A stretch of DNA of 63,727 nucleotides, filler included, from Collodictyon triciliatum (GCA_043381765.1; 4 parts of 4 records of this genome joined end to end with filler, not necessarily neighbours in it); one strand, 5' to 3'; shown: positions 10,412 through 29,644, counted from the first letter of the whole stretch. Notes: generated by a model not told the origin, from the sequence alone. Numbers and translations are program-made.

Positions 10412-13350
10412 CTATATCTCTGGAATCTCCACATCATTTTCAAAGTCGTCCATCACAATGACCGGAGAAGGAGATGGCTTTGACGTTCCTTGCCCAACAG
10501 CGTTCGTAATCAGGTTGCGCGCAGACTCCAGTGCAGTTTTTGCCGATTGGCTGATGCGGCTGTGTCTGTCTCTTTCAGCGGTATGAGGTGTTGATGATAA
10601 CGAGCCACCGAAGTGACCATGTTGTGATAACAAGGGCTTCGTTAATGAGCCAGATACATCGTCCGAATCTAATGACTGAGCCACTGCTTCGTAATCGATT
10701 TTAGCACTTCCTCGGAGGCTACTTCCGCTGTGTGGCCCGGATTGATTCGACTCTTCATCCAGGAAAACCGTAGAGTATAGCGGATATTTTTTTGACAACA
10801 AATGCTGGCTTTCATGGATATTCGTTTCTTCGACGTCCTCTGTGGTGTCATCTGTGTCGTCTTGCTCAGCTACATCTATGTCGTCATCCTTGTGCGCCCA
10901 TTTTGCGTCAACTGATGCGATGGGAGCAGAAAATGGGACCGGAGGAATTATGGTCTTGATGTTTTCCCAGAGCTTGTTAGGTACCCATTCATCTGTTGTG
11001 CTATCACGAGTAACCTCTGTACAAAATAGATCGCTCATGAGTTCATCGTATTACGCGTTAAACAAGCAAAACGTCCAGGCTATTAAGGATACTGCTTCAA
11101 ATATATCGATAGGTGTGTTTTGCTTACATAAGAGATTCATAGATGTATAGATTCTGAGTGCAACCCACCAAATGTCGTAAACATGTTCGTATTGGCAAAG
11201 GCGGAGCTAACTGCTCGACGTCGAGTTTCGATATTATTTTCATCTTCCACTAACATCTCTGTGTCCTGGGGGACGGGGTGGTGCGCTCGGATATTACCTC
11301 GGATGTTGACTACACACCGTTTTAGACATGAAACGCTGGATGGCATAAGTATATCTGGCAAATATAGCTTAAATAATAATCAATGTCTTTTTACCTTGTT
11401 GTTTCTTTGAACAAACAAAATAAACGCCGCACAGGACAATCAAAACCCCAAAAACGAACCAAAAAAACTGTGTGGAGCTGAAGTCATCAAACTCCTTGAA
11501 GTAAATTCCTCCACTCATAATACTGAAAGTCGTCCAGAAGACTTGCAGCTGAGGCACAATTATCAACGCATCAAATTGAGATAATCCTCGGTTCATGCGC
11601 ACAAGCTGGAAAGTAAAAAAAAACCATTAAAGAGTGAAAATTATTGATTGTGAAAGAGAAGGTAATAGAATCCTACACGTATCCTGTTTTCATTTTTTTT
11701 TCATGATTGATATATTAATAAAAACAATATAAAAAATTGAAAGAAAATGAATATAAAGGATACCCAGAACACAGTAAGGGTAATAAACATGAGCGTAACG
11801 ATGTAAGTAAAGTAATTATCGAATTGATTGTCTCCTGCGAGCGACTTGAAGAGAAGCTGAGAACTTGTGTGTTGATATTGATATTAAATGTATGATTTAC
11901 ATATCCTTTTTTGCAAATATGAAGCTTTTGTATTGCACGCAACATAATTCATCTGGATGTAATCATAAATTTTGGGCCAAAACCTGGATTTAGCGCAAAG
12001 AACGCTCAAACATCCCACCGAAGCCGACGAAGCAGCGTATGTTATCGGACGTAGTGACTAATTAAATAAATTGGAATATATATAGAATGACATGAAAGCA
12101 TCAAGACTATTCTATACATACTAATACTATTGGAAAAATACATGGTACATCATGAATGTGTCACAGAAGAGGGTGTCTTTAAGAAAATGAATACATCGCG
12201 GTGATTTGAAAGAAATCCAGGCAAGTTCTTTTCGTTGGTGAGCTTCTGATACATAATGTTCACACAAATTGCAAAAGGGAACAGTAGGCATAGGTAAACA
12301 ATAAAAGGGGGTTCTGCATATAAATCCATCAACTCGTTTGCAGAGTATCCTAATTTACATGCAATTGAAAATTAACATATTTTTTTTAAAAAAAAACCAC
12401 ATACAAGCGATAGGTAGGCAGTCACCGTATCATCAAGATTAAATATGGCATGAAAGCAATTCACGAATATTAAACTAGATGAATAATGATTTGGTTGTCA
12501 ATTGATTGATGAAGATTACTCTCAGATTCACGATTTCCAAAGGCCACGGCAAGGACGTTGCCAACAACAATCGTAACTGTTCCAATAACGATGCGCGTAG
12601 TTACTTTCTCTCCAAGAAAAATAGTCGCGAGAATCAGGTTTGTTATAAATTGAACCGAACCCAGAGCTGCCAGAAGCGACTAAATTGTTGTTTGCTTGAG
12701 ATAGAGACAGCAAACGTAACATAATGGTCCAAAAATTGATGTATACAATAAAATATTATAATCCGGCACAAATCAAACGGATAGGAGAAAGAAGACAGAT
12801 GGTACTGTCTCTAATAGAAAAAGGTGATACAGTTGAGTTTTTTTTTTTTAAAAAAAAAAAAAGGGATATCGGTTACCTGAGCCGCAAAGCTAAACGAACT
12901 GAAGTTTGCAACATTACCGGCGGCGAAGATAACCATGCCTGAATGCAAATAAGAGCCCTCAGAGAGAAATAAAGGGATATGCACAACCAATTCACTTGCA
13001 CCCAAAAAAAAAATGCTAGAAAAAAGTGAAGGAAAGCATCGGCGAAACAGTTCTGAATTGAATTGGAAAAGAAAAATATGAATAAATAGAAAAGAGAAAA
13101 GAAAAAAGTAAGAAAAGAAAGACCTAGATTCCATAACGATTTGCTTTTCTTGTTGTGAGATAACTTGATGATATTTGTCCCTAGCTGGATAGGACAATAA
13201 AAAATGGAAAAAAATTTTCTTCACGTTAAGAACGATCATACACTCAACTAAGCTTTACAAACGAAACCATCAAGACAAGTTACCGACGTTGATGATCATT
13301 GATCCCACGAGATTCAAGCCAGCGCCGATGAGCCAACGCAAGTCACCCAT
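10412..13350 (-). CDS. NIPA: NIPA-family (DMT superfamily) magnesium transporter, multi-exon, with long acidic C-terminal tail
   Basis: Spliced: MGDLRWLIGAGLNLVGSMIINVG-TNIIKLSH...GNVANFSSFSFAAQ-SLLAALGSVQFITN...VLCAKS...FW-LVRMNRGLSQFDALIIVPQLQVFWTTFSIMSGGIYFKEF. Joining of the tail exon (10412-~11020) is less certain. Confidence 0.88.
11606..11763 (-). other. candidate U12-type (minor spliceosome) GT-AG intron
   Basis: Donor TGG|GTATCCTTTA is fixed by reading frame; branch-like TCTTTAAT lies ~21 nt before TTCCAG. Confidence 0.6.
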
Positions 13351-13734
13351 TCTGCTTCTCTTCCAGAAGGGACTTTACCCCTGCTACGTTTCACAGATTG
13401 TTAACAGAAGCCTCTGACGAACCAGTATCGCTGTTCATTCGTGGCACAAACCCAGCCGATCGGACGTGCGATAGTGTGCTTCTCACCTGCTTTGTACTCT
13501 GGCAGTCTTTGGCGTGATTTAAAGCCTTGTGATCAACACGCCTGCACTAATTTCCACTTTAGATAATAATTTGTGGAATTTATATTAATTACATTATATC
13601 CTTCTAAAATTTTTATTATTGATACTAATTTGCAGAATTTAATATCAATGACATTCAAAATATGTGTTATTATGTACACCCCAAGTTTAAATACAGGAAT
13701 AGAGCAGAAGAACCCGATCGTGCAATAGCGCGTG

Positions 13735-16140
<2,406 letters not shown>

Positions 16141-16340
16141 GAAAGAGAAAGGGGAAATGAGAGAAAAGAAAAAGATAACACTATAAAATCCACAATTGGT
16201 ATGAACTCGCGATGCACACTTCCGTCTGTTCTCTGAAGCAGCCCATGTCAGATATCATCCACTCGCCAACCAAAAGCAACTCCAGAAGAAAGTAAACCAG
16301 CAGAGCATCAAAGACAGCCGATCAGAGGAGAACGGATCAA

Positions 16341-17177
16341 ATGAGCGCGGAAAGGAAGCCCGTGAGCGTCGGTCTCGGCCTTGAAAACCTGGAGCCGCTG
16401 ACCTACAACGCCCAAGGAAGCGAGTACGAGTTGTTTCTGGAGGCGAAGCTGCGGACGCACAAGGATCGGCGCGTGGTTGTGAAGCAGTACCACACAAGCA
16501 TGCTCTACCGCAAGGAGGAGGATCTGGCCGCGATCGCCAAGGAAATGGCCGTTCTGATCCACTTGAAGCCGCACCCGAATCTGTGTGCTTATCTGGGCGT
16601 CTACGAGCACGACAACCATCTCATGATTGTGCGTGAGTTTGTGAGCGGCGTTCCGCTGTCCACTCTGATTCCCATGGGCGTTGATTTGGAGTCGCAGCTG
16701 CGCATATCAATCCAGCTGGCAGACGCATTCATGTTTCTCAAGAAGGCGCTTCCGCGACAAGGCGTTGAGTTCTCAGACAACCCACTGCCCCACCAGAACA
16801 TCCTGTACAATCCCGAGCTCGACCGGATTCTCCTGGTGGACTACCAGCTCACTGCGCTGCAAGCATCCGTCCAGATGAAGTGGGACGAGCTGAACCGCGC
16901 CACGCAAGGGATGCCGCTTTATCCGCCCGAGCTGTTCCGCACCGGGATCTATCATGACACGCACAGCACAGTCTACAATCTTGCCATCGTCCTGTATGCC
17001 ATGCAGATGAAGAGATTCCCACGTGTTCGGCGCTTTCATTTCAAGGATATCAAGAACGAGAATATCCGGAAACTCTTGGAGAACAACATCATCGATAATC
17101 CGGATGCTCGGTATGGGCTTGGTAAATGGGCGACAACCCTCAGAGATATCTTGGATGTGAGTGGCAAAATATATTGA
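16341..17177 (+). CDS. protein-kinase-fold protein, probable pseudokinase; may continue through further exons to the gap at 17767
   Basis: VVVK, KEMAVL, HPNLCAYLG, MIVREFV, HQNIL, DYQ, YPPE and VYNLAIVLY correspond to kinase subdomains. A GTGAGT donor near 17157 and open exons at ~17269 and ~17582 suggest an extension. Confidence 0.75.
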   Translation: MSAERKPVSVGLGLENLEPLTYNAQGSEYELFLEAKLRTHKDRRVVVKQYHTSMLYRKEEDLAAIAKEMAVLIHLKPHPNLCAYLGVYEHDNHLMIVREFVSGVPLSTLIPMGVDLESQLRISIQLADAFMFLKKALPRQGVEFSDNPLPHQNILYNPELDRILLVDYQLTALQASVQMKWDELNRATQGMPLYPPELFRTGIYHDTHSTVYNLAIVLYAMQMKRFPRVRRFHFKDIKNENIRKLLENNIIDNPDARYGLGKWATTLRDILDVSGKIY

Positions 17178-17766
17178 ATGAAGCTATGAACATCACTCAA
17201 ATATCTTTTTATTTCTAATACTTCCTTCTTATGTTTATTCATAACTTGAATGCCTTATGTCATGCAGGAAACTATTGAGGAATCAGGAAAGAAAATTGAT
17301 ATTGAATATGAGGAAAAGGTTACACTTTGGATGATTTGGAAGAGAATGCAGTGGATGGATATTGTAAAGGTAACTCAGACTCTCGCAGAATACATGCATC
17401 AACACCCAAAACAAAGGGGATTGACTTGAGAGATATAACAAAACTCTTGCATGTCATTTCTTTCTTCTTTTTTTTCTCCAAATGCTTATTTTATTTTATT
17501 TTTGCCATGAACTTTTTTTTCTTAGTTAATCATATTTATCGGTTCCCTCTTTCTATCGTTCTTTTTTAAAATTATTTAAAGGAGCGGCCAACTTGCTATT
17601 GTGACCCAAATGCTCCTGCACTGATTTCAAACGGGTCCGGATTAACTCGTCCTGGAGATAGCGGGCCAAAGGCTATGCTGAGACCAATTGAGTCTCCCAC
17701 TCCTTCTATACCACTCCAGGCAGAAACAAGATTTGAATTTGAACTGATTGAAAGATTTGAGTCGAG

Positions 17767-18705
17767 NNNNNNNNNNNNNNNNNNNNNNNNNNNNNNNNNN
17801 NNNNNNNNNNNNNNNNNNNNNNNNNNNNNNNNNNNNNNNNNNNNNNNNNNNNNNNNNNNNNNNNNNNNNNNNNNNNNNNNNNNNNNNNNNNNNNNNNNNN
17901 NNNNNNNNNNNNNNNNNNNNNNNNNNNNNNNNNNNNNNNNNNNNNNNNNNNNNNNNNNNNNNNNNNNNNNNNNNNNNNNNNNNNNNNNNNNNNNNNNNNN
18001 NNNNNNNNNNNNNNNNNNNNNNNNNNNNNNNNNNNNNNNNNNNNNNNNNNNNNNNNNNNNNNNNNNNNNNNNNNNNNNNNNNNNNNNNNNNNNNNNNNNN
18101 NNNNNNNNNNNNNNNNNNNNNNNNNNNNNNNNNNNNNNNNNNNNNNCACCATCGCACGGCCACCTTGCAGACTCTTCCCAGCGCCTTTTCTCTGACCTTC
18201 GTTGGCTGTGATCGGCTTTTCTTCACTTTCATTTCTCTTTGTGCGAAGCAGGTTCTGCGGGNNNNNNNNNNNNNNNNNNNNNNNNNNNNNNNNNNNNNNN
18301 NNNNNNNNNNNNNNNNNNNNNNNNNNNNNNNNNNNNNNNNNNNNNNNNNNNNNNNNNNNNNNNNNNNNNNNNNNNNNNNNNNNNNNNNNNNNNNNNNNNN
18401 NNNNNNNNNNNNNNNNNNNNNNNNNNNNNNNNNNNNNNNNNNNNNNNNNNNNNNNNNNNNNNNNNNNNNNNNNNNNNNNNNNNNNNNNNNNNNNNNNNNN
18501 NNNNNNNNNNNNNNNNNNNNNNNNNNNNNNNNNNNNNNNNNNNNNNNNNNNNNNNNNNNNNNNNNNNNNNNNNNNNNNNNNNNNNNNNNNNNNNNNNNNN
18601 NNNNNNNNNNNNNNNNNNNNNNNNNNNNNNNNNNNNNNNNNNNNNNNNNNNNNNNNNNNNNNNNNNNNNNNNNNNNNNNNNNNNNNNNNNNNNNNNNNNN
18701 NNNNN
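17767..18705. other. two assembly gaps (N runs 17767-18146 and 18262-18705) around a short sequence island
   Basis: N runs. Confidence 0.95.
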
Positions 18706-18721
18706 TGCTGGCTCCGCTTCC

Positions 18722-22698
<3,977 letters not shown>

Positions 22699-22734
22699 TA
22701 ATTTCTTTCTTTTCTTCTTTTTTTTTTCTTCTCT

Positions 22735-22825
<91 letters not shown>

Positions 22826-22869
22826 NNNNNNNNNNNNNNNNNNNNNNNNNNNNNNNNNNNNNNNNNNNN

Positions 22870-22881
22870 TTAATTAATTAA
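22870..22881. other. artificial scaffold spacer TTAATTAATTAA (stops in all six frames) inside an N run
   Basis: Identical 12-mer centred in N runs at three positions. Confidence 0.95.
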
Positions 22882-22925
22882 NNNNNNNNNNNNNNNNNNN
22901 NNNNNNNNNNNNNNNNNNNNNNNNN

Positions 22926-22964
<39 letters not shown>

Positions 22965-23068
22965 CTACCATATCAAAGTAGTCATGTTGAACGGGTGCAT
23001 TTCGTTAAAGAGCAAAAGTAAAAACAAAAGTAAAAAACAAAAAAAATGGCACATATGGTCATCTTTAC

Positions 23069-25248
23069 CTCCAAAGGAACTTTGAACAAATTTCACCTAA
23101 TTAATTTTGAATCAATTTACACTCTTTCTCATAATTACATGTATCATATAAAACTAAATTACGTGGCATAGTAAAATTCACTAATATTTAGTTCAAGTAC
23201 TTTGAATCGAATAAAGGAAAAAAATATTTAGTTCAAGTAATACATGTTCAAATGTCAAGGAGACTGGGATGATCCACATGATCAATATGACATAAAGGGT
23301 GATATGTGCAATGTAAATCAGTAGCTCGTAGTCAAATCTTGCGCGATTGAGCACCTCGTAATACTTCAGTGCTTCCTCCAGTAGCAAGACGCGAAACATT
23401 TTTACCGGCTTCAAACCCCCTTTTTCTTTAGAAAGCAAAATAATCAAATGTTGGAGCGAGTGTTATTTAATTCTAAAATAATGGCATGAAAATGGTAAAT
23501 ATATTTTTGATTGATTTTGTCACCTCTAGAACCATCTATGTTCGCTTGATTAGGGTCATCCAAGTGTTTTTCACGATTTTTCCCCCTGTTTTCTTGGATT
23601 AACCTCTTTACTTTTTCCTCAAGGTAAATTTCAGTGAAAGCCAATTCCTTAAAAGTCTCATTGGGTGGCAACTTGGATAGGAGAGTTGACCGAATGAAAT
23701 GAGGCAGGAGGAAGTAGAAGATTGTATAAAAATTGACTCTTGCGATATGGCCTTCGAGAATAAGAATCATTATCATTAAAAACAATACATCGATTAATTC
23801 TGATAGTGAATCATGAACATTAAAATACCAAAATAGATTGTATAAATCAAATGGTTAAATAGGAACCTGTTTTTTGCTGCATGGGGGTAATCAATCTTTC
23901 TTTTGACATCTAATGAAACTTTACAGTGAATTTTCTTTATAATACAGTAACTGATAAAAAAAAAAAAGCCAACTAACCAAATCCCTCCAAACAGGCTTTT
24001 CCTTCTTTTGTATTAGACTTTTCGGTGTTTCGTCGCAACGATTTTTTAGGTCCAAATCTGCACCGTTCGTAAAAAGATATTCAGCCATAGGGTAGTTGTC
24101 CTCTTGGATAGCAATATGTATCGGTGTATTCTTTTTCTTGGTCATGGAATTTATGAGTGCTCCGCTATTTAAAAGGCATTCTATTATGCTAGTATCACCT
24201 TATAAAAAGCCGTGGATTAGATTTTAAATCAATTTTTGTTGAATGTAATAACCAGAAAAGAAAAGTAAAATAAAGCGAAAAAGAAAGGAAAATAAAAAAA
24301 GGGTATGAATAACGTAAAAAAAAGAAGGAAAATGAAGGAAAATGCGGCAATTTTAATAAAAATTAGGAAAGTAAACCATGCGATTATAGATGATTTACTT
24401 AAAATGCTGGCATAATGAATTGGGTAATGTCCCTCCATATTGGGCTCTGAAACAAGGTCTTCGCAAAAGCGGACGAGAAACATTACGGAGGTGATTTTTC
24501 TTTGCAGTATCGCAATATTTAATGCATGATTTCCATCTTGGTCAAGAACTCTATGGTCCACTTTGTGGTTAAGCAGCACCTCCATGACGTTGGCGCATCT
24601 ATTGGGAGGTTTTATAGAGAAGATATTAGATCAAAGAAAGGAAAAAATAGAGAAAATATTAACACATGATTATGCGAACATTTTCCGAGTAGAGCTAAAA
24701 CTGTTCTAATGTGAAGAATGTTTATATAAAAGGGGGGGATTTTATTTACCCATGAAAAGAAGCGACCAAGAAAGGAGTCATTTTCTTATTGTCACAAGTT
24801 TTACTCTCAAATCCAGCCATCAAGGCCAACTTTGATAAAGTGTTCATGATATCGATTATTGTGGGTTATTATCGTTATTATTATTATAATTATTATAATT
24901 ATTATAATTATTATAATTATTATAATTATTATAATTATTTTAAAAGATTATCGCTCGGTTGTTTGATTGAACTAGCAATTTTAGAGTCTCATTTCGTAGA
25001 GAATGAAGATACGAAAGAAAGATACTAACGTTTGCAATATCTGAGAAGCCCTTTCTTGCGCAAATATGAAGGACAGATTCTCCATCGCCGTTCTCTTCTT
25101 TACTTCTTGAGGCACTTTTGTTTTGTTTGAAAATACGATCTTCGAGAATAGCACGAACATCTTCCAAGTTATCATTTTCGAGGAGCTGCACGAGTGAAGA
25201 TCCTCGGATATTCTCTCCCCCGATCACAGCACTTAGTTCGGATTCCAT
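23069..25248 (-). CDS. ankyrin-repeat protein followed by a transmembrane segment, 3' truncated at scaffold edge
   Basis: GESVLHICARKGFSDIA, MTPFLVASFHG, GNHALNIAI, GHYPIHYASIL, NTPIHIAIQEDNYPMAEYLFTNGADL; later YELLIYIAHITLYVILIMWII. Confidence 0.8.
24866..24938. repeat. (TTA)n / (TTATAATTA)n microsatellite in an intron
   Basis: Directly visible. Confidence 0.85.
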
Positions 25249-25956
25249 ACTTGCTCGAGACTTTCAGGGAAATACTTTATATCTCAAAGATAGCCTAGTG
25301 TCCTGGGATAGACTTAAACAATATCTTAAAAAAAGTTGCTTTTCGTTCACTCCCACAGGAATACCATATTACTTGGAAACCCTACATCAGGATGTAAGGC
25401 AGTCCAAATTATGAACAAAGCCCCAACGAACAACCTCCAACTCAAATACTTTTCTACAAACGATCACTCGATTCATTGATGCCGCCCTAAACTGAGTACA
25501 CCTCAAACCCCTTAACTATATCCCTCATACCCCGGAAGAATTCATTCCGAGGGTTGTCTGCTTTCCTTACGTTCGGGGTTCTTACTTTTAGGGTTTGTTG
25601 CGACATATTAGCGTTTGTTTGATCCCTTTCGTGGGCTCACACAAGAAGGAAGAAGAAAAAAACAAGTAAAACACAACAAAAACACAACAAAAACACAACT
25701 ATACTATCACTATTTTGGATTTTTTATTGGAAAGTGCAAATAAATCTCTTAAGCTGGAAATACTAGGCCAAGATAATCGTTTAAGGAAATCATAGCTGTT
25801 GTCGGGTGTATCTCTGGTTGAATTTTGTTTTTTCCTTAATCCGATTCAAAACGCAAGAAGGTTATGCCTACAAAGGGGCGAGGTAGGTGCGCATGGGAGA
25901 GAGCAAACGCGAGTAAGATAAGACACTACTGTGGAGAGGGTAGGGCTGGAGAGAAA

Positions 25957-26610
25957 TCAGTGATAGCGAGTTGGTTCGGTGGGCGACCCAAACTGGTTGA
26001 TTGGTTGCGTGGGTAGCAGGGGTTGGATATGCTGTGGGAGATATCGCACGACACATTCCCACATCTCTCTTCGCTTGTATTCAGAGTAGCGAAGAATGCG
26101 AGCGTGTTTCAGCAGGCTGTTCAGGAAGCTGTATTGCACGAGGCTCTCAAGCCTGGATACATTGATTTCTTGTTCGGATGAATCATTAGAGCGAGAGAAT
26201 GCACGCATACTCCATAAGGACCCCAGCATATGCCACCTTGTGACTGTCCAGAGTATTCTAGAGTCGTGGGTCATTTGGTATTGTGGGCCAAACAGGATGT
26301 CAGACGCGCCGAGTCGGTTGGGAGCATAATCAAGCTCAGAGAGCATTTTGTGGGTAGGCTTGTCTCTCGCTAGAGAAAAGGGCAAAATATAAGTTAGTTA
26401 TAAGGTGAAAAGACATACCAGCGATTCTATGACAGATTCCACGAAACCAAAAAAGCCAAACGGAGCTAATATCATAAAACCCACATTTAGAAGCAGATAC
26501 AGAATCATCTGCGAATCCTTCGAATCACAATCACCACCCGTTCGTCTCGGTTTCATCCACTCCCAACGCGCACCGCCTTCACGATCAGAACTCTCGAGAG
26601 TCCACAGCAT
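25957..26610 (-). CDS. hypothetical two-exon protein with one hydrophobic segment
   Basis: ORFs 26398-26610 and 25957-26385 can be joined in frame via CTG|GTATGT...CTAG|CGA; coding-like GC. No family recognised. Confidence 0.5.
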
Positions 26611-26816
26611 TCAGTTTTATTATTGATTTTTTCCGGTTCGATCCTCGAGTAAAAACTTACTTAACAGTGACTTATTCGTCTTTTTCTTTCTCTTTCCCTA
26701 CTCTTTCCCTACTCTTTCCCTACTCTTTCCCTACTCTCTCCCTACTTTTTCCCCCTTTCCTTTCCTTTCCTTTTTTTTTTTTTGGCAGATAGAGCCCGAA
26801 TATCGCCGCCAAAATC

Positions 26817-29079
26817 ATGATGAAGCCGAATGCTGGTATGAACATGGGTGTGCAAGGTACAGCTGATCTCTACGACCAAGACTTTGATCCAGTCATAGAT
26901 ACTTATTTCAAACTCTTCATAACTTCTGGTTCTTTTTTAAAAATAAATAAATGAAGTGGCGTAAACTCCACGCGCCGAGCGAAAAGAAAAGAAAGTCTGG
27001 AACAGAAGTGTTTTGAAAGGAACATCTAACTGTCGTAGGTGTATATCCTGTCCAAGGTGGCCACGGTCTTCTACAAAAAGACGGACAACTCAGCTCTATG
27101 CAAAATCAGGTTTCTGTTTGGTGCATTCGTTTTTCTAAGTCTTGAATTTGTGGCACTAAAGCCGTAACCTTAGTCAGAAGATTACTCTCGACTTTATTAG
27201 GTTTACATGTACCCAGGGATGCAACCAGGTATGCCACAAGGAATGCCACAAGGAATGCCACAAGGAATGCCACAAGGAATGCCACAAGGAATGCAGCAAG
27301 GGATGCAACAAGGAATGCCTCAGATGATGAATAGTATGATGGGTTCGATGATGATGCAGGGGATGCCACAAGGTGGGCAGCAGTATCCCATAATGGGACA
27401 GATGGGTAGCATGCAACCTCATCAGCCAATGCCACAAGGTGCTGCAGAGCTGTCTGATGCCGAGAAAGAAAAGGTTTTTTCCCTTGCTTCTTCAAGTTCA
27501 CATGATGTTGCCCTTCTCTGATGTAGAAATAGTCTATTTTTCACATCGTAATTTTTTATTTACCATAATATTCATTCATGGTCGCAGATTTATCAGATGG
27601 TTCTGGAGCTTCCAAATCCATTGACGAGAGAGGCAACTCTGTCAGAGCTTAGCAAGAAGGTGTGTATACAACACTCATGCATTTCCTTTTTTCTTCTATT
27701 CATTGAAACTTTTATAACAGCATAACACGGGGGGTTTTTTTTTATCACTTTGTCTCCATGCACTTCAGAGTTGTCATATCCTGTTCCTTGAATTGACAGG
27801 GTTAATATATATATCTTTAGCGAGAGTCCTATCCCGACTTGGCTCCCATTCTATGGCATAGTGTTGGGACAATATCCATATTAATCCAGGAAACTGTTTC
27901 GATATACCCTTCCCTGAACCCACCTGTTTTGACAGCTCCAGCATCCAGTAGAGTCTGCAATGCCCTCGCACTTCTTCAATCTGTTTCCTCTCATCCAGAA
28001 ACTCGCCAACTTTTTCTCAACGGTATTTGCCACCAATTTCGCATGAATCCATGATCTGGTCATTTTTTTGTATAAATATTCAGCTTTGTTCGTTCGTTAC
28101 CTAACCTTCTTTTTGTAAATACACAGCTCATATACCTCTTTTTCTGTATCCCTTCCTGAATACGATGAGTAAGACAAAGCCATTCGAGTATCTACGTCTC
28201 ACATCACTCGGGGTCATTGGTGCTCTCGTTAAGGTAGCTTGAAACATGTCCCTCCCATCACAATATGCATTTTGGGTTGCTCTATCCTTAGTTCGGTGTA
28301 TTAAACACCGATTTATGATCAAATAATAGGTTGATGACAGCGAAGTGATCCAGTTTCTCCTAAAGACAGAAATTATACCACTTTGTCTCCGTATAATGGA
28401 TATTGGATCGGAATTATCAAAAACTGTAAGTGACATTAGAACCTCTGACCGGGCCCCACTATCAGTCTAGAGAGTGTCCATTATACTTGTGTTTCTTTTT
28501 CTGCTCAGTGGTTAATAATTTTGTTTTAGGTGGCAACCTTCATTGTCCAAAAGATACTCCTCGATGAGCAAGGGCTTAACTACGTTTGTGCAAACTACGA
28601 GAGATTTTCTGTGGTGACAAACGTTCTCGTAAGGATGCCTCCGATGAATTATTTATGCTCATATTAAAAAAAAAATTTTTTTTTAACTCGAAAGATACAA
28701 TCGACCTCGTTTGCCTAACCTGTAACATATCAATTTTTAGAGAACTATGGTCGATCAACTAGCCCTGCAACCATCTGCTCGCCTACTCAAACACATCATT
28801 CGTTGTTACCTACGTCTCACAGAGAATCCCAGGTATACCCATAGCGATGCTGTGGCTGACATTTTTTTCCTTTTCTTTATCATACTCTTGATTCGTAGTC
28901 CCATACATACCTACGCCATCCTATGCAGGGCAAAGGAAGCACTCAAGACGTATTTGCCCAGTTCTCTTCGAGACAACACTTTCATCCCATTGTTCCAGGA
29001 CGACACTAACACCAGACGATGGTTGATTGCATTGTCCAGCAGTGTGGCCGACACACCCATCCAATACGTCTACCAGTAA
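26817..29079 (+). CDS. CNOT9: CCR4-NOT subunit 9 (Rcd1/Caf40) with N-terminal MPQG-repeat extension
   Basis: [106 protein letters not shown]. Confidence 0.97.
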
Positions 29080-29644
29080 AGATGGATACGAACTTTATTC
29101 CATACTTAGGAGTTGCTATCCACCATAGAGCCACGACATAAGCTGAAATTCAAAATGGTACGCAACGGCTTGCATACATTTATATCAGCCATCTTCTGTC
29201 TCCATACTACTATCTGGTTGCCCTTGCTTTCTTCCCGCTACTCACAGGCTTCGTTCTCTCAATGCACCCAAACACATCTCCCTCTCTTCACCCTTGTTGA
29301 CTACAGAAATAAATTTACACGAGATCCGACGAAATATCCTAGCATACCACTGTCTTGGTTGCTATTTCATTTATTTCCAGTGAATGTACGAAGGCAGACA
29401 TAATAAAGGGCTTTTCCTTAAAAAAGTTGGAGAAAGGTTTCTGGAAGTAGTGGCGCTTCAGAGTTCATGTAGTTCGAAATCCTACCTATAAACGAAGAGA
29501 ACGAGCGAGAAAGAAAGAAAAGAAAAGAAAGGAAAGGAAAGGAAATCATTCGCGCCTGCAAGGAATCGTCGTCACACGAACGCAATAGATAGCCATGTAA
29601 TAAATATGAATGGCCCGCACCATGTTTTATGTATATAGCCTACC

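Noticed and set aside
11082-11093. Second GTATCCTTAA on the minus strand (similar motifs at ~53580 and ~59705)
   Set aside because: These lie inside introns, not at frame-supported donors. They show the motif can arise by chance, which tempers the U12 call.
25495-25645. Short inverted repeats (CAAACCC/GGGTTTG, CGGAA/TTCCG) and one TTTAGGGTTT telomere-like word
   Set aside because: Stems are short, no RNA family is recognisable and there is only a single copy. An Rfam/Infernal scan would be needed.
26635-26644. GGTTCGATCC, tRNA T-arm/B-box-like
   Set aside because: No cloverleaf or A-box upstream; more likely the donor region of a CNOT9 5'-UTR intron.
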